Assembly (NCBI GenBank): GCA_016840035.1
Contig: JAEOTC010000136.1
Span: forward strand, 1 to 20,123
Origin: Candidatus Hodarchaeota archaeon
Lineage (GTDB): Archaea > Asgardarchaeota > Heimdallarchaeia > Hodarchaeales > Hodarchaeaceae
Length of the DNA stretch: 20,123 nt
Reading direction: 5' to 3'
Shown: piece by piece, positions 7,247 to 15,302 of the stretch
How the letters are laid out: the number at the start of each line of letters is the position of its first letter
Position numbering within the stretch: position 1 is the first letter of the stretch
The notes under the pieces: model-generated
The model's input: the letters and a program-made list of their open reading frames with translations, nothing else
Told to the model about the DNA's origin: nothing
The model's database searches: none
Program-made: the position numbers and the translations under genes

Positions 7247-9232
7247 ATGTCTGAACAAGATAACAAGATTAGTCTAATAAAGGATCATCTTGCAAAGCTA
7301 GAAAGCGAGGGTGGGCAATATGAAAATCGAGTGAAGGATTTTCAAAAGGATCTTAAGAAACAAGTGACCTCTACAACTGAAAGTATTAACAAGGTCAATA
7401 TTGATGTTCAAAAACAAATTTCAACGGTTGCTACGACGATCAGTGACTTGACAGATAGCCTCAATGATCTTAAAATGGATCTTGATTCTGAAAAGGGAAA
7501 TTTTGGTTCACGTCTAGAAAATCTATTGGGTCAGCTACAGAAGAATACTTCTTCCCTCCAACGGCAACTAAATTCATTCACAGGGAATCAAGAGGAAGAA
7601 ATTTCAAAAATTTATAAAGAAATGGCGGGGAAAGTGAATACAGGATTGAGTGATATTTATTCACAGCAGCATAAACAGATAAGTGAGTTTCAAGACCAAC
7701 TTTCTAATAAATTGGCTGACATACAGAAAGAATTCATGAGTGTAGTTGAGCATGAGTACGCTAATATTGGAGAGATGTCAGAGAGTGTGGCAACAACATT
7801 CATTCAAACCTTAGATGAGTTTGGTGGAAGAATGAATCAAATAGGGAATGCTAAAGAGAGTGAGTTAGATAATGTATTCGCTAATACTATGCGACAATCC
7901 GTTTCCCGATTGGAAATAGCTAAAGAGGATTTATTAGCAGGGATTGATGGACTGAAAGCCCGTCTTGATGATAACCTGGAGAAACAGAAAGATTTACTCG
8001 AAGAGTCTCAACATCGAGTTGTAGATATTATTAATGAAGAGAAAGAAGTAGTCAATGGAAAAATTCAGAAAGGGGTTGATGAGTACTACAAAGAATGGCT
8101 GAAATTCCACAATGAACAGAAACAAGCAATCACCAATATAAAGGAAAATGTTTTCGAATCTTTTGTTTCTGCTCTTAATACTAATGAGGAATTACAATCT
8201 AATGTTACAGCCGAATTTGAAAATTCATTGAAACAGGGGTTTCGGCAGCTAGAGGAACAAATTATCTCATCGTTATCTCGTGTTTCTTCTGATTATAATA
8301 AAAAGCGTTCAAGAACATCTGAAACTTTAACAAAGGTATTTGAAAACTGGTATACGAATATTAATTCTTCCTTTGATCATTTCGGAACTAAAACCAAATC
8401 CCGATTAGATAATACCACTTCTGCTCTTAATGGGTCAATGTTGGACTTCTTCAAGAAGTCTCAACAAGGTATGAAGGATGTATTAGTAAAACATGAAAAC
8501 ACGCTGGGTGATTTACAGAGTGGTATTAGTCTACAGTTTAAAGAAATTCAAGCAGGCCAGGAAAAGAATATCGAAATTACATTGACTGATATTAGACAAA
8601 ACTTGAAGACAAAACAAAGTGAACTTCTCTCTACAATATCCTCTATAGCACCCACTGCTGATACTGCGGTTGAAACAAATAAAGAAATTATCAATAGAAA
8701 GAAATCTGAGATGAAATCTTCTAGTTCGTCAGTTTTTGATAATGTTAGGAAACAGATTCGTAATATAGAACATGATGGTTTGGTATCACTTCAAAACATA
8801 ACCTCTACAACTAATGAAAGACTTGACCAAGTGGTAAAAGAAAGTGAGGAGTCATCAAAAGCACTTGTGGAAGGTTTAGAGAGTGAACACAAGAATTCTC
8901 TTCTTCAGTTCAAATCAGATACGAACGAAAGACTCGATAATCATCAAAATACTCTTAAAGAGTATAGTTCATCGATAAAAGACCGCATTGAATTATTTTT
9001 TGATGAGACTCAGCAATATTCGAATCAATTTATGGAAAAGCTTCGAGATGAAAAAGAAGCTTTCGATGACCAAAGACGAAAGTCGAGTGTAAAATTCGAA
9101 GAAGCTCAGACAAGTATCGATACTTCGGTTGTATCCCTACAAGATAGTATCACCTCAAGTTCATCCAATGTAAAGACTTCAGTCAAAACAATCACTTCGA
9201 CAATTAAGAGTATTATCAAAGATCTCAAATAA
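7247..9232 (+). CDS. Long all-alpha coiled-coil / apolipoprotein-like repeat protein
   Basis: 661 aa with one Pro and no Cys, rich in S/E/K/Q/N/T/D. Hydrophobic residues recur in 11- and 7-residue spacing throughout. No TM segment or enzymatic motif is visible. Confidence 0.8.
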   Translation: MSEQDNKISLIKDHLAKLESEGGQYENRVKDFQKDLKKQVTSTTESINKVNIDVQKQISTVATTISDLTDSLNDLKMDLDSEKGNFGSRLENLLGQLQKNTSSLQRQLNSFTGNQEEEISKIYKEMAGKVNTGLSDIYSQQHKQISEFQDQLSNKLADIQKEFMSVVEHEYANIGEMSESVATTFIQTLDEFGGRMNQIGNAKESELDNVFANTMRQSVSRLEIAKEDLLAGIDGLKARLDDNLEKQKDLLEESQHRVVDIINEEKEVVNGKIQKGVDEYYKEWLKFHNEQKQAITNIKENVFESFVSALNTNEELQSNVTAEFENSLKQGFRQLEEQIISSLSRVSSDYNKKRSRTSETLTKVFENWYTNINSSFDHFGTKTKSRLDNTTSALNGSMLDFFKKSQQGMKDVLVKHENTLGDLQSGISLQFKEIQAGQEKNIEITLTDIRQNLKTKQSELLSTISSIAPTADTAVETNKEIINRKKSEMKSSSSSVFDNVRKQIRNIEHDGLVSLQNITSTTNERLDQVVKESEESSKALVEGLESEHKNSLLQFKSDTNERLDNHQNTLKEYSSSIKDRIELFFDETQQYSNQFMEKLRDEKEAFDDQRRKSSVKFEEAQTSIDTSVVSLQDSITSSSSNVKTSVKTITSTIKSIIKDLK

Positions 9233-9260
9233 AGAAAGAAGAATAACTGGATATGAGAAG

Positions 9261-9770
9261 TTGAGTTACCCAAAGTCTTTTGCAAGTCATTTTATTGGGG
9301 TTGGGGGAGTAGTAATACATGAATCACATGTTTTACTAGTAAAACTGACCTATGGACCTGCAAAAGGAAAATGGTTAATTCCTGGAGGACTTGTTGATGC
9401 AGGTGAACTTCTACAAGAAGCAATAGTGAGAGAAATATTAGAGGAAACTGGGATCCATGTCAAACCTATTGGAATTATTGGGTTACGGAGTATGGTTAGG
9501 GAGAGCGATCATCTCACCGATCTCTATTGTATTTTTAACTGTAAAGCCGATCAGGAGGATTTAGAAGTCGTAAATAAGGACGAAGAAATAGATGAAGTGC
9601 GTTGGTTACCATTGACCGAGATAGATTCTGATCCGTTAGTTACTGAATATACTCGCAAACTCATTAAACATGTTCAAGGTCTTCCGTTAATTTATGATAT
9701 CGAATGGAGCAAAAATGCTATTTCACGGCCTACATTAAAGAAGTATGAGCATTTCTGGGCACAGGATTAA
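9261..9770 (+). CDS. Nudix hydrolase (ADP-ribose/NADH pyrophosphatase-like, NUDT6-like)
   Basis: Intact Nudix box GGLVDAGELLQEAIVREILEETG, with upstream ASHFIGVGGVV and downstream TDLY and EIDEVRWLPL. Confidence 0.9.
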   Translation: MSYPKSFASHFIGVGGVVIHESHVLLVKLTYGPAKGKWLIPGGLVDAGELLQEAIVREILEETGIHVKPIGIIGLRSMVRESDHLTDLYCIFNCKADQEDLEVVNKDEEIDEVRWLPLTEIDSDPLVTEYTRKLIKHVQGLPLIYDIEWSKNAISRPTLKKYEHFWAQD

Positions 9771-9846
9771 CTATCTTTCCTTCTTCGTGAAGTTCTTGGA
9801 ATTCTTTGTTATTGTCAAGATGAATTCATTTAAACAACCTATGGAT

Positions 9847-10791
9847 TTATTTTGCAGTAAAGAGAATATTTATGATTGCCAGTAGCAGAAAAAATCCTCC
9901 AAAGAGATACCAAATTGTTATGGTTTCCGATAATATGAAATAGCCAAGAAGAATTGCTGCAATCGGTTCACCCAATCCTAAGATAGACTGAATTGAGGAT
10001 TCAATTTCAAATTTGTTAGCTAGCATTAGGAAACCATATGGTAAGATACTCCCAAGGATGGCTAAAAGGAGACCGATAATCAGAATTGGCCCTGAAAAAA
10101 GGGTAAATATGCTAAAAGAGAAGTAGAGGGATGTTGGAAAAGCTAGATTAAGAATAGGAATTGTCATTATCCCCCACACGAAACCCCAAACCAATACCCA
10201 AAAAATTGACAGTGTAGATGGAATTTTCTCCCTAATTTTCACTGATGACACACCTATCACAAGATAAACAGCATAAAGTGTTCCATTCAGCGTTGCGAGG
10301 AGATCTCCAAGAAATGAGGATAAAAACCGGCCTCCTTCCCACGGACGGGTCAAAAGCAATAATCCTGTAAATCCTAAAAGGATAGACAATATTTTTCGTT
10401 TATTCACAATTTCATTAAGAACGATTGCACCTAGAATTAATGTAACGAGAGGGTGGATCTGAATTAGAAGTGCTGCCTCGCCAACGGGTGTCTCAAGCGC
10501 GATTGACCAGATATATACGACAATGGCAATAGTGAAGAAAAATCCCTGCCAGATGTATGTTTTCTGGATCCTTTTATTGAAAGCAATTGAGAAAATATCT
10601 TTTTTCCAAAAGAAAAACCCTCCAATACCGAAAATACCCACTAGGCCTCCAAAGGACAATCTAAGAAACAGTTGTTCTAAAACTGAAACATCCATATCTC
10701 TTAAAGACGCAATGATGATTGGAATAAATCCGAAAGATACTCCTGCGGCCAAAGAAACCAAATAACCAATAAGCGTATGCTTTTGCATCAC
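9847..10791 (-). CDS. DMT/EamA family transporter
   Basis: About 10 TM helices in two repeats. Motifs VGEAALLIQIHPLVTLILGAIVLNE and LGEPIAAILLGYFILSETITIWYLFGG. Confidence 0.9.
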   Translation of the reverse strand: MMQKHTLIGYLVSLAAGVSFGFIPIIIASLRDMDVSVLEQLFLRLSFGGLVGIFGIGGFFFWKKDIFSIAFNKRIQKTYIWQGFFFTIAIVVYIWSIALETPVGEAALLIQIHPLVTLILGAIVLNEIVNKRKILSILLGFTGLLLLTRPWEGGRFLSSFLGDLLATLNGTLYAVYLVIGVSSVKIREKIPSTLSIFWVLVWGFVWGIMTIPILNLAFPTSLYFSFSIFTLFSGPILIIGLLLAILGSILPYGFLMLANKFEIESSIQSILGLGEPIAAILLGYFILSETITIWYLFGGFFLLLAIINILFTAK

Positions 10792-10905
10792 TTCAAGTCC
10801 ATTTCAAGTTAAACGGGATCCAAGAGAAGAGAATTATCATGGCTTAATAAAATCCCAGAGGAGTCATAGAATAAAAATATCTGATTAAGGGAACAAAATT
10901 TCAAG

Positions 10906-12351
10906 TTGAAAGATACAAACTCTCCTCAAACAGTGATTCAACAACGAGAATACCAATTAGTTATTCTTAAACGCTTGAAGAAAAACTTTTCTAAAGGGAT
11001 TCACTGTATTGCTGAAGTAGATACAGGTTTGGGGAAAAGAGTCCTTACTTATCTCTTGATCAAAGAAGTATTACCAACCCAGCGAGTTTTATTGCTCTTA
11101 CATTCCACCACCAGTTATTTGGAAACCATTCATTATTTTGAAAATGAATATGGAGGATTTGAGAACAAAGAGTTTCAATCCTTTTCTTCACGAACGCCTA
11201 CATGGTTACGGAAAAAAATTATTGCTGATGCGAGAATTGTTGCTTCAACCCCCCAAACTTTCGCCAATGTTTTTGAGAAGGTAGCAAGTCCCAAGCCTAA
11301 ATTTGATGCTATTATAATTAATGAAGTTGATAAAATCGTAAGACGTCAGGGGGATTCAAGACTACTAATATTTCCTTATAATACTTTGATTCCATTTTTC
11401 ATTCAAGATGCATGGATTGTCGGTATGACTGGGACTCTTCGTGATTCACATATTTTCTATGACCATCAAAAAGATCAGATAAATATTCGAGATGAAAGAG
11501 TTACCTTAGATAAACGGATACCTGATTTAGAAGTTATTTCTATGGATGAATTAATGTCTGCCACAGATGTTAATTCTTATATTCAATATACAAAAATTAA
11601 GAAGGAATTAGTCGAACCTAGTGATGCTTTGCGACTTATTCTGGAGCATATAGACCAAGGAATTAAGAATCTTCGGGAGTTAATTCTTGAAGAACAGCAA
11701 GCTGAGAATCCTACACTTCTCGAGATGATCCCCTCCTCGCAACTAGCGCTTGTTTCTGGTATGTTAGAGGCGAATGATACCCAAAAATACAATGGTTTAC
11801 TACTTACACGAAAATACACAGTTTCAATGCAAGTGGATAAATATAAGAAATTCCTATATCGACTAAAGAAGTTCGGAATAGAGAAGCAGATGATTCACGC
11901 GATTCCAGAGACTAATGCTAAGATTAAAAAGATACTAGATGTTCTCAAGAATCGAGATAGCTCCTCTAAAACAGTGGTTTTATGTTCCTATCTAGATACT
12001 GCTCATTTGCTAGTCCAAAAAGTTAATATTGAAGGGTTTGTTCCATTTTTAGTTACTGGAGAAGTACGAAATAAATCTGATGTACTAAATGAATTTAAAA
12101 GTCACCCCAAAAAATCTGTTCTTATTATGACGAGTGTAGGGGAAAGAGATATTGATATTCCACAGGCAGACTTGTTAATCGTTTATGATGTTGTAAATAC
12201 GGTTAAAACTATGTATCAGCGAATGAAGCGCACTCGTGGCGGTTTAGTTCTTACTCTATGCTACAAAAATACTTTTGAGGAGAAGAAAGTGGATAGATTA
12301 CTAATAGAAATCTCTAGACGGTATCCTTGGTCTTCAATTATAGGTAAATAA
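10906..12351 (+). CDS. Hef/Mph1/FANCM-like SF2 helicase homolog with degenerate ATPase motifs and no nuclease domain
   Basis: Q motif QREYQ, motif I DTGLGKR, Ib STPQT, II NEVD, III GMTGT, DVNSYI (cf. Hef DVRPYV), V TSVGERDIDIPQADLLIVYD, VI QRMKRTRG. Confidence 0.85.
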   Translation: MKDTNSPQTVIQQREYQLVILKRLKKNFSKGIHCIAEVDTGLGKRVLTYLLIKEVLPTQRVLLLLHSTTSYLETIHYFENEYGGFENKEFQSFSSRTPTWLRKKIIADARIVASTPQTFANVFEKVASPKPKFDAIIINEVDKIVRRQGDSRLLIFPYNTLIPFFIQDAWIVGMTGTLRDSHIFYDHQKDQINIRDERVTLDKRIPDLEVISMDELMSATDVNSYIQYTKIKKELVEPSDALRLILEHIDQGIKNLRELILEEQQAENPTLLEMIPSSQLALVSGMLEANDTQKYNGLLLTRKYTVSMQVDKYKKFLYRLKKFGIEKQMIHAIPETNAKIKKILDVLKNRDSSSKTVVLCSYLDTAHLLVQKVNIEGFVPFLVTGEVRNKSDVLNEFKSHPKKSVLIMTSVGERDIDIPQADLLIVYDVVNTVKTMYQRMKRTRGGLVLTLCYKNTFEEKKVDRLLIEISRRYPWSSIIGK

Positions 12352-12357
12352 GTCGTT

Positions 12358-13296
12358 TTAAATCAATAGATTTATACTGAAAAATAGGCCGAATCCTCCA
12401 CCGACTGATCCTAGAAATATAAAAACAACAAACAAGGCAACCCAAATTACTGCCTCCCAACTAAGGATTCTTGTGCCATCTAATTCTCCTATCGGTATCA
12501 ATTGTGATAGACCAATAAATACGTTATAGGAGACACCAACATATCCTAGATATATTAGGAGATTACTTAATGCTTGACCAGGAAGCGAGAATCCGATTGC
12601 AAGAATTATGTAAAATATACCTACTAGGATTAAATTTGAAATTGGACCAATTGTAGAAATATATCCCTTCTTACTTCGTAAAATTTCAGTATTCTCCGAC
12701 GACGAGGCATTTTTACCTATCCTTGTAATTATCCCCATGGTAAATAGTGGTAATCCAAAAATAAATGCTATGAATACAAATATGAATCCTATCATAGATA
12801 AATTGAATTTCCCCGAAGTGCCAAAGTAATTAGCAGCTGATAAATGACTTAATTCATGAATAATGATACTGACTGCTACTACCATCATTTCAGCTATAAA
12901 TTTTGTAAATGCAACTTGATGCGGTCTATTTCCCCCAAGAATTAGCACAAGGAAACACATTATGCTTAAGTATAATGTTAATTTGATTAATTCTTCTCTG
13001 GATAGACTAGTTATAATTTTATAAGTAAACATGGCGACTAACTTATATTTGGAAGATTTAACCTGTTTTTCATTTAGTAATAGAGTAAAAATGGTCAGTG
13101 ACAACGTTATTGTCGATGTACCTAGAAAGAAAATTACCAATGGATGAAAAATTAACACTATATCATTGAAAATTATCGAAATATCAAGGTCAGGGTTGAA
13201 AAATAATTTAACAAGGTTTAGTTCTAAATTGTACAAAAAAATCCAAATTCCAATAAATATCCCGCAATACAGAATAAATTTGGACCTTACCTGCAT
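12358..13296 (-). CDS. Site-2 protease (peptidase M50) paralog 2 with an extra N-terminal membrane domain
   Basis: HELSH (HExxH), GPISNL and QLIPIGELDG (NxxPxxxxDG variant). Multiple TM helices. AGGGG SD upstream. Confidence 0.88.
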   Translation of the reverse strand: MQVRSKFILYCGIFIGIWIFLYNLELNLVKLFFNPDLDISIIFNDIVLIFHPLVIFFLGTSTITLSLTIFTLLLNEKQVKSSKYKLVAMFTYKIITSLSREELIKLTLYLSIMCFLVLILGGNRPHQVAFTKFIAEMMVVAVSIIIHELSHLSAANYFGTSGKFNLSMIGFIFVFIAFIFGLPLFTMGIITRIGKNASSSENTEILRSKKGYISTIGPISNLILVGIFYIILAIGFSLPGQALSNLLIYLGYVGVSYNVFIGLSQLIPIGELDGTRILSWEAVIWVALFVVFIFLGSVGGGFGLFFSINLLI

Positions 13297-13308
13297 ATTT
13301 CGCCCCTA

Positions 13309-13998
13309 TCATATGAAAAAGCCGAATCCTCCCCCAGCAAAACCGATTCCGATGAAAACAGCAATTAAGATTACCCAAATTCTAATATCCCATGCTAGTA
13401 CTTTAGCTCCATCTAAGATTCCTATAGGAAGTAGATTGAATAACCCGATAAAGACATTAATGGTTACACCATAATACGCACCGTAAAACAGTATTTTACT
13501 CAACTGAGGAATTGCTGGAGCAGTTAATACACTTATCGCCATAAGGATATAAAATAAACCAATTAATATTAGATTTGAGATTGGTCCAGCAGCAGAGACT
13601 CTACCTCTTATCCCCACACTTGATGATGTTTCACCCCACCAAAAAACTGCCCCAACTGTAAGTATTGGAAAACCTATTAATAAGGAGACAGCCATCAGAA
13701 TTAGACCCTCTTTCGCAATTTTAAATTCTGCCTTGGCTCCAAACTTCTGGGCAGTAAATTTGTGCATTAACTCGTGGGTGAAGAAACTAATACCAATTAC
13801 AAAAAGGAAGATTATAGTTCTATCAGGGATCGTATATGTAGTGAGAATATTATCTAGGATTCCATACAAGTAAAGCAGAACAAAACAGGTAATTAACCAA
13901 CCTATCCCTAACTCTGAGATTTCATTGACTGTTAAGTGAAATTTATCTAGAATTGATTGTCTCTCTAAATCCTTTTTCCAATCTGGAGTCTCTTCCAT
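13309..13998 (-). CDS. Site-2 protease (peptidase M50), short archaeal type, paralog 1
   Basis: HELMHKFTAQKFGAKAEF, GAV, GRVSAAGPISNL and FNLLPIGILDGAKVLAW form a complete M50 zinc-binding set. Confidence 0.93.
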   Translation of the reverse strand: MEETPDWKKDLERQSILDKFHLTVNEISELGIGWLITCFVLLYLYGILDNILTTYTIPDRTIIFLFVIGISFFTHELMHKFTAQKFGAKAEFKIAKEGLILMAVSLLIGFPILTVGAVFWWGETSSSVGIRGRVSAAGPISNLILIGLFYILMAISVLTAPAIPQLSKILFYGAYYGVTINVFIGLFNLLPIGILDGAKVLAWDIRIWVILIAVFIGIGFAGGGFGFFI

Positions 13999-14002
13999 TT
14001 AA

Positions 14003-14470
14003 TTAACCCTCCTTACAAACATGATCACCGGGAAGATAATGCTTACCACAAAGTAATTGCTTACATTTCTGACAACGAAAAGGTTTGTAAATTTTTTGTC
14101 CACATGCACTGCAGAACGCTGTTTCAGGGATTTCATCACTTTTTGCATCATCTTTGTGAATTATTCGAAATGTGGAAAGATCAGGAGCCGCTTCAAAGTC
14201 CATGCTTACACCTTTAATTTTTTCAGGGCTAAAAAGTAGCACATAAAAGAGTACACCAATCCCTAATGTTACAAAGCCAATTATAATAAGAACCACAGGA
14301 TTAAGAAAGAAAGACATGAGTGAGGGAATCTGTTCTGAGGGTAAGTCTAGAAAGAAGATAAATCCAATCATAACCATATCTACATTCGTGATTGTACCTT
14401 CAATAAAGAAGATAATCCAAGAAACTGCTAAAATACTGAAGCCTACAAAATACTTCTCTGCTAACTGCAT
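14003..14470 (-). CDS. Membrane protein with C-terminal AN1-type zinc finger
   Basis: Two or three hydrophobic segments in aa 7-80, then a linker. The C-terminal CSAC-x9-CQKC-x4-CGKH-x5-HVC (14015-14113) is an exact AN1 pattern C-x2-C-x9-C-x2-C-x4-C-x2-H-x5-H-x-C. Confidence 0.9.
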   Translation of the reverse strand: MQLAEKYFVGFSILAVSWIIFFIEGTITNVDMVMIGFIFFLDLPSEQIPSLMSFFLNPVVLIIIGFVTLGIGVLFYVLLFSPEKIKGVSMDFEAAPDLSTFRIIHKDDAKSDEIPETAFCSACGQKIYKPFRCQKCKQLLCGKHYLPGDHVCKEG

Positions 14471-14490
14471 CTATATCACAACAATTCATT

Positions 14491-15132
14491 TCATAATAAT
14501 TCAAAGATTCCTTTTAGATCAGTGATTATTCGACAATTTGGAATAATCGTGTTAAAATCACTCTGATTAAACATTCCACGCTTTCCAATAAATGAAATTT
14601 GATTGTTTTTCGCTCGCTTTGCGTCATGAAGACTATCCCCAATAAATAATATTTGTGTTCTTTCAAGATTGTGTATTTCCATGATATAGTTAAAATGATC
14701 CGCACCCTTCTCAAATCCTGGACGAAAGCCAAGGATATCATTGACAATATCAAAATTAATGTTCTTTAAATAGGTTTTAATAATCGATTCAATCGTTCCA
14801 CTAGAGATACCCACAAGATAATTTTCTAATTTCAACTGATTTAATACGTCTAACGCATCATCAAAAGGCTGTTGTTCATATATTAGCTCAAGTTTCATTT
14901 TTTCAAATTCTTCGACAATTTCTGGATTATCTGGATGGTTTGGGGAAATGATATCCATCTGTTGTATGAAAGGTAAACCGGTCGTTTCTCGATACTTTGA
15001 ACGAGCTTCCTTTTCTGAATAAGAGAAATGCCGTACAAGTAGCGTTATAGCGTTTTTTTCCAAGAAAGGCATACTATCGATTAATGTACCGTCGAAATCA
15101 AAGAGAACATATCTTACACTATCGTTCGTCAC
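14491..15132 (-). CDS. HAD-superfamily hydrolase (phosphoglycolate phosphatase-like, C1 cap)
   Basis: Motif I FDFDGTLIDS, II ISSG, III K (FEKG), IV FIGDSLHD. GTG start with GGAG SD. Confidence 0.9.
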   Translation of the reverse strand: MTNDSVRYVLFDFDGTLIDSMPFLEKNAITLLVRHFSYSEKEARSKYRETTGLPFIQQMDIISPNHPDNPEIVEEFEKMKLELIYEQQPFDDALDVLNQLKLENYLVGISSGTIESIIKTYLKNINFDIVNDILGFRPGFEKGADHFNYIMEIHNLERTQILFIGDSLHDAKRAKNNQISFIGKRGMFNQSDFNTIIPNCRIITDLKGIFELL

Positions 15133-15253
15133 TTTTGGTGTACACTCCAGTTCATTAAATGCATTTCTTTACAATTAGAAAATTGAAGGAAGAAGAAGTT
15201 CATCTATTCTCTTGACGAGACCCTCTCTCCATCTACTCAAAAAGACTTTGTAC

Positions 15254-15267
15254 AATAAGTTTTTAAT
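15254..15267 (+). promoter_or_regulatory. Putative archaeal BRE/TATA for the FAD oxidoreductase
   Basis: AATAAG-TTTTTAAT about 35-43 nt upstream of ATG 15303. Confidence 0.4.
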
Positions 15268-15302
15268 AAGCTTCTAAGAAGGAAGAATACTGTTGAAGTC
15301 GT

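Noticed and set aside
7247-9232. SMC/Rad50, chemoreceptor or phage tape-measure identity for the coiled-coil protein
   Set aside because: No Walker motifs, hinge or zinc hook, no MCP hairpin signature and no phage genes nearby.
10523-11819. ORFs 10523-10765 (+) and 11583-11819 (-)
   Set aside because: Each is fully antisense to a well-supported gene (EamA transporter, helicase).
10906-12351. Helicase as part of an antiviral defence or restriction system, or as a pseudogene
   Set aside because: No nuclease, methylase or defence-type neighbours. The ORF is uninterrupted and the motifs point to the Hef family.
13166-14753. ORFs 13166-13474, 14057-14239, 14316-14525 and 14526-14753
   Set aside because: They are antisense or alternate-frame overlaps of the protease operon. 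The K/N/I/P-rich composition of the antisense ones is what hydrophobic genes give on the opposite strand.
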